Assembly (NCBI RefSeq): GCF_965279435.1
Contig: NZ_CBDIHY010000002.1
Location: 315,128-379,127, forward strand
Direction of reading: 5' to 3'
Length of the DNA stretch: 64,000 nt
Origin: Pararhizobium sp.
Lineage (GTDB): Bacteria > Pseudomonadota > Alphaproteobacteria > Rhizobiales > Rhizobiaceae
Part shown: piece by piece, positions 57,796 through 64,000 of the stretch
Numbering within the stretch: the stretch's first letter is position 1
Layout: each line of letters begins with the position of its first letter
Translations under genes and position numbers: made by a program
The notes under the pieces: model-generated
Databases searched by the model: none
What the model saw: the letters and a program-made list of their open reading frames with translations, nothing else
What the model was told of the DNA's origin: nothing

Positions 57796-58971
57796 ATGTC
57801 TTTCACGGTTCTCGTCGCCCCCTCCGGTTTCAAGGAAAGCCTGTCGGCAGACCAGGCAGCGGATTGCATCGAAAGTGGCGTTCTGCGCGCCTTTCCCGGC
57901 GTTACCATCATCAAGGCGCCAATGGTCGATGGCGGCGAGGGTTTCGCCAAAGCGCTCGTCAAGGCGACCAACGGTACGCTTTACAATCTGACCGTGACCG
58001 GCCCAGTCAACGACCCGGTCGAAGCACATTTTGGGTTCCTCGGCGGTAGCGGTGAGCCGACCGCTGTGATCGAGATGGCCGCGGCCGCCGGGCTCAGCCT
58101 TGTACCGCGCGACCGGCGTAATCCCTGTCTGACAACGAGCTACGGCGTCGGCGAACTGGTGCGTGCAGCACTTGACCGGGGTGCGCGCCGCATCCTTCTC
58201 GGTTGTGGCGACAGCGGTATCAACGATGGCGGCGCCGGTATGGCCGAAGTGCTCGGTATCCGGTTTCTGGACGGGGCGGGCGATCCCTTGCCCCGCGGTG
58301 GGGCGGCGCTTGCCCGCCTCGAGACGATTGACATGAGCGGCCGCGATCCGCGCCTTGACGGCGTTCGCATCGATGCCGCCGTCAACTGGCACAATGTGCT
58401 CCTTGGCGAGCGCGGTGTGGCGCGCATTTTCGGGCCACAGAAGGGCGCAACGCCGGAACAGGTGGAACTGCTCGTTGCGGCGATGGAGACATACGCTGCA
58501 GCGATCCAGGGCACGACGGGCATCGCAGTCGGGATGGCACCCGGATCCGGTGCGTCCGGCGGTCTCGGTGCTGCGGTGTTCGGCCTCCTCGGCGGCAAGC
58601 TGCACCCGCGCTACGATATCGTCATGCAATATCTGGAGCTCGACCGTTTCATCGCGCAGGCTGATCTGGTCATCACCGCAGAGGGCAGCCTCGACGGGCA
58701 AACCCCATTCGGAAAGGTGCCTGCCGAAGTGGCCGCACGGGCAAAAATTGCCGGTGTGCCCGTCATCGCGCTTGCCGGCACCATCGGCAAAGGCGTGCGC
58801 CTGAATTTCGAGCATGGTATTGATGCCTTTGCCTCGATCCTCAGCAGGCCCTGCTCGCTAGAAGACGCCATCTTCAGCGCTCCAAAACTGCTGTCCCGGG
58901 CGGCAGAAGATGCAGCACGCATGGTGATGGTGGGTATGAAACTTGGGGCAAGATGGCGCCAGGTTGCGTGA
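57796..58971 (+). CDS. Glycerate kinase (GlxK/GarK family)
   Basis: VAPSGFKESL, MVDGGEG, IEMAAAAGL, GSGASGG, TAEGSLDGQT and GKVP. Confidence 0.92.
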   Translation: MSFTVLVAPSGFKESLSADQAADCIESGVLRAFPGVTIIKAPMVDGGEGFAKALVKATNGTLYNLTVTGPVNDPVEAHFGFLGGSGEPTAVIEMAAAAGLSLVPRDRRNPCLTTSYGVGELVRAALDRGARRILLGCGDSGINDGGAGMAEVLGIRFLDGAGDPLPRGGAALARLETIDMSGRDPRLDGVRIDAAVNWHNVLLGERGVARIFGPQKGATPEQVELLVAAMETYAAAIQGTTGIAVGMAPGSGASGGLGAAVFGLLGGKLHPRYDIVMQYLELDRFIAQADLVITAEGSLDGQTPFGKVPAEVAARAKIAGVPVIALAGTIGKGVRLNFEHGIDAFASILSRPCSLEDAIFSAPKLLSRAAEDAARMVMVGMKLGARWRQVA

Positions 58972-59049
58972 TTGCTTGCTGCGGCAATGGGATTGATCGG
59001 TTGCAGGGGGCTGTCCACCCCCTGCGGTTCCGCTGTACTCCCGCTGTTA

Positions 59050-59958
59050 TTACTGCACCGGCAACCAGCTGCTGATGATGCTTGCGTCCAGGGCCTCGTA
59101 CCCTTTCAGGTCGATGAGATCGTACAATTGCGCACGTGTCTGCATCCTTTCAACGACACCGGTGGTGGAACCCTCGGCGGCAAGATGCCCATAGAGATCA
59201 TGCTGTGCCTTGTTCGCCATGCGAAGCGAGGAGACGGGCCAGATCACCATGCGGTATCCGATCTCCTGCAACTCGCCTGCGGTCGGCGGCGGCGATTTGC
59301 CGAATTCGGTCATGTTCGCCAGCAGCGCAACTCCTTTCATCGCTTTAGCGAACTCCGTAAACATCTCCCTGGTCGTCAGCGCCTCCGGGAAAATCGCATC
59401 CGCACCCGCTTCGACATAGAGCCTTGCGCGGTCGATTGCCTTGTCGAGCCCTTCATCGGCTGCGGCATCCGTTCGCGCCAGGATGAGAAGCGAACGCCGG
59501 GCACGCGCGGCGGCGGCGACCTTGGCAGCCATATCTGAGGGGCTTGCCAGCTTCTTGTCGTTCAGGTGGCCGCATTTCTTCGGCAGGACCTGATCCTCTA
59601 TCTGGATGGCCGCAGCGCCTACCTCTTCAAGCCTCCGAACGGTGTGCATGACATTTAGCGCCTCGCCGAAGCCCGTGTCGGCGTCGACAAGCAATGGCAA
59701 GCCTGACGCCCGGACAATCTGCCGTGTGAAAAAGAGAACATCCTCGAGTGTCAGGATTCCAAGATCCGGCAGTCCCATGGACGCGCTCATCGCCGCACCT
59801 GACAGGTATAGCGCCGAGAAACCTGCGCCCTTTGCCTGAAGGGCTGCAAGACCATTGTGCGCGCCCGGCATCCGCACGATCCCGGGCCTGGAGAGAAGGG
59901 TGCGAAGGCGGGTACCGGCGGGCACGGCCTCGTCTACGACAGGAACAAGATACGACAT
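59050..59958 (-). CDS. prpB: ICL/PEP-mutase family lyase, methylisocitrate lyase-like
   Basis: LYLSGA, MGLPDLG, VDADTGFG, IEDQVLPKKCGH, ARTDA and LLANMTEFGK. Confidence 0.8.
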   Translation of the reverse strand: MSYLVPVVDEAVPAGTRLRTLLSRPGIVRMPGAHNGLAALQAKGAGFSALYLSGAAMSASMGLPDLGILTLEDVLFFTRQIVRASGLPLLVDADTGFGEALNVMHTVRRLEEVGAAAIQIEDQVLPKKCGHLNDKKLASPSDMAAKVAAAARARRSLLILARTDAAADEGLDKAIDRARLYVEAGADAIFPEALTTREMFTEFAKAMKGVALLANMTEFGKSPPPTAGELQEIGYRMVIWPVSSLRMANKAQHDLYGHLAAEGSTTGVVERMQTRAQLYDLIDLKGYEALDASIISSWLPVQ

Positions 59959-59968
59959 CGTTTGAACC

Positions 59969-61498
59969 TCAATCCGTTTCTGTCACCGTTTCATGCCGCC
60001 AACGCCGGAACTTCGGCATCAGCAGCGGAATAAGAAGAACGGCAGCTGCCATGATCCAGAGGGTGATGGAAATCGGGCTGGACCAGAGGATGGAGATATC
60101 GCCTGCTGATAGCGACAACGCGCGGCGCAGGCTCTGTTCGAGGATTTTGCCAAGCACCAGGCCGAGGATCAGGGGCGCCATCGGAACGCTTGCCCGGCGC
60201 AGGAAGTAGGCCCCGATACCAAGCCCCACCATGAGCACGAGATCGAAGGTCGTGGACTTGCCGGAATAGACGCCAATGGTGCTGACGACGACGATGAAGG
60301 GCACAAGGACCCAAGCCGGCACCGAAAGCATGCGCGCGAAAACGCCGACGAGCGGGATGTTGATTGCGAGCAGGATGAAGTTCCCGATGAACAAAGATGC
60401 GATCAGCCCCCACACGAGATCGGGTTGCGACCGGAAAAGTGCGGGCCCTGGGGTTATGTTGTAGAGTGTGAGGACGCCGAGCATGATCGCAGTCGTGCCC
60501 GAACTCGGAATGCCAAGTGTCAGCATGGGAATGAAGTTGCTGTTCGAGGCGCTGTTGTTGGCGGCTTCTACGGAAGCAAGACCGCGCATATCGCCGTTCC
60601 CGAAACGGCTGCCCTCCGGATCGGTTCTATCCACGACGCGCTTTTCCGTCGTATAGGCAAGCGCTGAAGCGACCGTCCCCCCTGCCCCCGGCAGGATCCC
60701 AACAAAGAACCCGATAATCGATCCACGCAGCGTGGCTGCATTGGTGAACCGCATCTCACTCAGGTTGAACAGCGATCGCCCAAGCTGCTGGATGCGGACC
60801 GAAGTGCCTCCATGCATCGTCTCCAGCATGATCAGCAGTTCGCTGATCGCGAAAAGGCCGATGACGACTGTCGCGAATTGAACGCCGTCGACGAGGTTTG
60901 GTGATCCGAAAGTATACCGGTAAACTCCCGAGTTAGCATCGATACCGATTGTCGAGATGCCGAGCCCCAGCATGATCGCAAGCAGCGCCTTCACCGGCTG
61001 GTCTGTCAGCAGCCCGGTCAGGCATGCAAACGCGAAAATCATCAGCGCAACATACTCGACGGGGCCAAATGCCAGCGCCCAGCTAGCGAGTACCGGCGCT
61101 GCCAGCACTATGCCGGTGGTCGCGATCGCAGACCCGACGAAGGATGTCCAGGCCGAAAGGGAAAGAGCGATGCCGGCCTTGCCTTGACGGGCGAGCGGAT
61201 ATCCTTCCAGTGCCGTCATGACCGCGGAGGCCTCTCCCGGCACATTGAGAAGAATGGCACTGATGCGGCCACCGTATTCAGAGCCGATATAGATGGCCGC
61301 CATCAGGATCAATGAGCTTTCGGGAGGCAGATCCAGCGCGAAGACGACCGGGACCAGCATCGCGACCGCGTTGATCGGTCCCAGTCCTGGCAGGACCCCG
61401 ACCATGGTGCCGACGATGGCTCCGAGTGTTGCCAGCAACAGGTTGGTTGGCGCCAGCGCGACGCCGAACCCGTGCATGAGATAGCCGATCATTTCCAT
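59969..61498 (-). CDS. tctA: Tripartite tricarboxylate transporter large subunit
   Basis: GVLPGLGP, YGGRISAILLNVPGEA, EAANNSA and PMLTLGIP. Confidence 0.92.
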   Translation of the reverse strand: MEMIGYLMHGFGVALAPTNLLLATLGAIVGTMVGVLPGLGPINAVAMLVPVVFALDLPPESSLILMAAIYIGSEYGGRISAILLNVPGEASAVMTALEGYPLARQGKAGIALSLSAWTSFVGSAIATTGIVLAAPVLASWALAFGPVEYVALMIFAFACLTGLLTDQPVKALLAIMLGLGISTIGIDANSGVYRYTFGSPNLVDGVQFATVVIGLFAISELLIMLETMHGGTSVRIQQLGRSLFNLSEMRFTNAATLRGSIIGFFVGILPGAGGTVASALAYTTEKRVVDRTDPEGSRFGNGDMRGLASVEAANNSASNSNFIPMLTLGIPSSGTTAIMLGVLTLYNITPGPALFRSQPDLVWGLIASLFIGNFILLAINIPLVGVFARMLSVPAWVLVPFIVVVSTIGVYSGKSTTFDLVLMVGLGIGAYFLRRASVPMAPLILGLVLGKILEQSLRRALSLSAGDISILWSSPISITLWIMAAAVLLIPLLMPKFRRWRHETVTETD

Positions 61499-61938
61499 CA
61501 GATGATCCCTCCCAAAGGACCGGTTGGCAGGACCACGTCAAGGACCCGGTCAAAAAGTAGAAATGACGAGACTGCGAGGACTGCGCCCACCAAAACCCCC
61601 TGCCACCATTTCGCACCGAAGATCATGGCGATCGGGATCATGAATGCGGTCGTGGCGACGACAAAACCCAGCGGCTGGAAGAGGAGTGCGTATGCGAGCA
61701 GCGATCCCGACAGAGCGACGACGGCTCTGCCGGGCATCGGAAGTACCGACGGGTCTGCCTCACTCGGCTTCAACACGAGTATCACGCCGCACACGGCGAT
61801 CATTGCCGCCGCAATCAAAGGAAAAGCGCGGGGGCCTGTCGGCTCATAGGCAAAGGGTGCCTCCAAGCCATAGCCAAAGGCAAGCATGAGCGCTGCAACC
61901 GCAATTGCGGCTGCACCCAGAGTGCGGTCGGTGTGCAT
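61498..61938 (-). CDS. tctB: Tripartite tricarboxylate transporter small subunit
   Basis: About 4 TM; YEPTGPRAFP; lies between tctC and tctA with an ATGA overlap. Confidence 0.88.
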   Translation of the reverse strand: MHTDRTLGAAAIAVAALMLAFGYGLEAPFAYEPTGPRAFPLIAAAMIAVCGVILVLKPSEADPSVLPMPGRAVVALSGSLLAYALLFQPLGFVVATTAFMIPIAMIFGAKWWQGVLVGAVLAVSSFLLFDRVLDVVLPTGPLGGII

Positions 61939-61948
61939 GGTTTAAACC

Positions 61949-62941
61949 TTACTTGACGGCGAGCCCGAAATCGGCGGCGAGTTTCTTGTAGGCTGTTACC
62001 CGTTCCTCAACGAACGCCGTGGTCTGCTCACCGGTCATCGGCAGCGGGAAAAGGTTCCGCTTCTGCAGTTCGGCAGCATAGTCCGGAGACTTCATCGTTG
62101 CGGTAAAGGCGTCCGCCCACCACGCGTAATCGGCATCACTGACATCCGGACCGACGTAGAAGCCGCGCACGATCGGCCACTGGATATCGAAGCCCTGCTC
62201 CTTGGCGGTAGGCACACCGGCGAGCTTGCCCGGAAGTCTGTCTTCAGAAAAGATGGCCAGAAGCTTGAGCGGTGCACCGCCGTCGATCGCCGCCTGGCTG
62301 TCACCGACGTCGTTCATGCAGACATCGACGTGTCCACCCTGGAGAGCCGTCGCGCAGTCTCCGCCGCCTTCAAATGCAACAAACCGCATGGCCTTGTAAT
62401 CGATCCCTGCGGCGCGTGCCGCCATGGCGGCCTTCATCCAGTCCTGGCTACCGATCGTACCGCCCGCGCCGATAATGACGGAGGTGACGTCCTTCTTGAT
62501 GGCAGACATCAGGCCATCAAGTGACTTGAACTCGCTTTCATTGCGAACGACGACCGCACCATAGTCGGCGCCGATGCTGGCGACCCACCGGACATCCTTC
62601 TCGGTGTAGGCGCCGAATTTGCCCTGCGCGAGATTGAGCAGGGAGCCAGCCGAAAAAGCAATGATCGTACCGGGCTCAGCGCGGCGCTGGCCGACAACAG
62701 CATTGTAGGCAACGGCACCGATACCGCCAGGCATATAGGATAAACGGACCTGCGACTTTACCGCGCCCGACTGCTTCAGGGTTGCCTGGGCTAGCTTGCA
62801 GGTGATGTCGAAACCACCGCCAGGCTGAGCGGGTGCAATACATTCAGGATTTCGGGGTTCGGCGGCGCCTGTCGATGGCACCGCCGCAAATGCGGTCAAT
62901 GAAATAGCGGCCGCAGAGACGGCGCGGGAAACGAACGGCAT
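61949..62941 (-). CDS. tctC: Tripartite tricarboxylate transporter substrate-binding protein
   Basis: Signal peptide; CIAPAQPGGGFDITC, YMPGGIGAVA and GSQDWMK. Confidence 0.9.
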   Translation of the reverse strand: MPFVSRAVSAAAISLTAFAAVPSTGAAEPRNPECIAPAQPGGGFDITCKLAQATLKQSGAVKSQVRLSYMPGGIGAVAYNAVVGQRRAEPGTIIAFSAGSLLNLAQGKFGAYTEKDVRWVASIGADYGAVVVRNESEFKSLDGLMSAIKKDVTSVIIGAGGTIGSQDWMKAAMAARAAGIDYKAMRFVAFEGGGDCATALQGGHVDVCMNDVGDSQAAIDGGAPLKLLAIFSEDRLPGKLAGVPTAKEQGFDIQWPIVRGFYVGPDVSDADYAWWADAFTATMKSPDYAAELQKRNLFPLPMTGEQTTAFVEERVTAYKKLAADFGLAVK

Positions 62942-63021
62942 TGATATCTCCTCCAAGACTGTGTGCAGATCTCCACATCTGCAGGTAAGGCAAATATCCG
63001 AGTGAAGCTTTCATTCGCCTT

Positions 63022-63999
63022 TCAATCAACGATCGGTAGAGAAATCCTTACGATCAGCCCGCTGCGGTCCTGCCGGTTTAGGACAGTCATTGTTCCGCCG
63101 TTGGCCCTTGCGACCGTCAGGGCGATTGCAAGGCCAAGCCCGCTGCCGCTGGCGAGATGCTTGCCGCTACGAAAACGCGTGCCCGCATGTGCGATCTCGT
63201 CTTTGCTCATCCCAAGGCCCTCATCCATCACTTCGATGATCGCCGTATCGCTATCGGTTTTTAGGAAGACCGATATCAGCGAGTTCTCCGGTGCATACGT
63301 TGCCGCATTATCAATGAGATTGGCGAGCGCCTCGCATAACAAGGCCCCATTAACGCGAACCGCCACCTTGGTATCGGGTGCCTCGAATATGCAATCCATC
63401 TTCCTGCTTCGGATGCGGGGCCAGAGCATTCTGACCGTATCTGCAATCATTTCGGAGAGGCCAAGGACTTCCTGCGGGTAGATATCGGTCCCCTGCGATG
63501 TCCGTGCCTTTGCAAGAGCGAGGAGCTGATTGGTTGTCCGGATAGACCGTTCCAGCACGTCTTTGGAGGCATGCAGCGTGGCGCGAACCCCTTCGCTATC
63601 CTGCTGGTGCAGCGCATAGTCGATCTGGGTGCGCAGGATGGTCATCGGAGTTCGAAGCTGATGCGAGGCGTCGTCGAGGAAACGCCGCTGCTGTGTCGCC
63701 TCCTCCACCGTTTTCTGCATCAGGCCATTCATCGCCTCGACCAGCGGACGTACCTCGCTCGGCAACGACGCGACGGCCACGGGCTTCAGATCCTCCGGCT
63801 CTCGATTATCGATCGCTACCCGCAGACTGTGCAGCGGTTTCAGCGCCTTGACGACACCCAATGCGATCAACACCGCCAAGATCAGCACGACCAGCAGATC
63901 ACGAAGGATCGCCCGTCCGATAAGCTCGTTTTGAAAGGCCGACCGTGAAGTCTTGGTTTCCGCAACCTGGATGGTGATCTGAACCCCATCGGGATCGTG
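63022..63999 (-). CDS. Sensor histidine kinase, TctE-like (5' end outside the window)
   Basis: H-box DASHQLRTPM, N-box NLIDNA and G-boxes DEGLG/GSGLGL. The frame stays open to the window edge (IQVAET). Confidence 0.88.
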   Translation of the reverse strand, partial: HDPDGVQITIQVAETKTSRSAFQNELIGRAILRDLLVVLILAVLIALGVVKALKPLHSLRVAIDNREPEDLKPVAVASLPSEVRPLVEAMNGLMQKTVEEATQQRRFLDDASHQLRTPMTILRTQIDYALHQQDSEGVRATLHASKDVLERSIRTTNQLLALAKARTSQGTDIYPQEVLGLSEMIADTVRMLWPRIRSRKMDCIFEAPDTKVAVRVNGALLCEALANLIDNAATYAPENSLISVFLKTDSDTAIIEVMDEGLGMSKDEIAHAGTRFRSGKHLASGSGLGLAIALTVARANGGTMTVLNRQDRSGLIVRISLPIVD

Positions 64000-64000
64000 G

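Noticed and set aside
1-64000. Mobile elements, prophage, tRNA, rRNA or CRISPR
   Set aside because: No transposase, integrase, terminal inverted repeats, phage structural genes, cloverleaf or repeat-spacer pattern was recognised by eye.

Overview
High-GC alphaproteobacterial (Rhizobium/Agrobacterium-like, inferred from gene content) accessory or chromid-type DNA dominated by nutrient uptake and catabolism. In order: DUF4360-like secreted protein (partial), small lipoprotein, dps, a peptide/nickel-family ABC operon, a YdeN-like hydrolase, an AbcR/alpha-r15-like small RNA (about 8383-8492), a pseudouridine synthase, an isolated hypR-hypD-like pair, vapB with a decayed vapC, a GS-like gamma-glutamyl ligase followed by an APC permease operon with several small membrane proteins, and a roughly 34-kb plant-cell-wall sugar region (GH105, kduI, an 827-aa unknown, sugar ABC, kduD; oxidative galactose/arabinose genes with araFGH; lacEFGZK plus a Gfo/Idh/MocA-AKR fusion). 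Next is an ECF sigma/anti-sigma locus, then a prpB-like lyase, tctCBA and a partial TctE-like kinase. The best novel candidate is the ECF locus (51992-58971). Five copies of the same promoter-like motif, GGAATA-N15-CGT(T/A), lie in front of a subtilase, the anti-sigma gene, a DUF6065-like protein, a secreted (NSSS)9 repeat protein with an SLC13 permease, and a glycerate kinase, which outlines an apparently self-contained regulon of unknown purpose. No rRNA, tRNA, CRISPR array, transposase or integrase was recognised. Family assignments come from motif recognition by eye; no database search was run.
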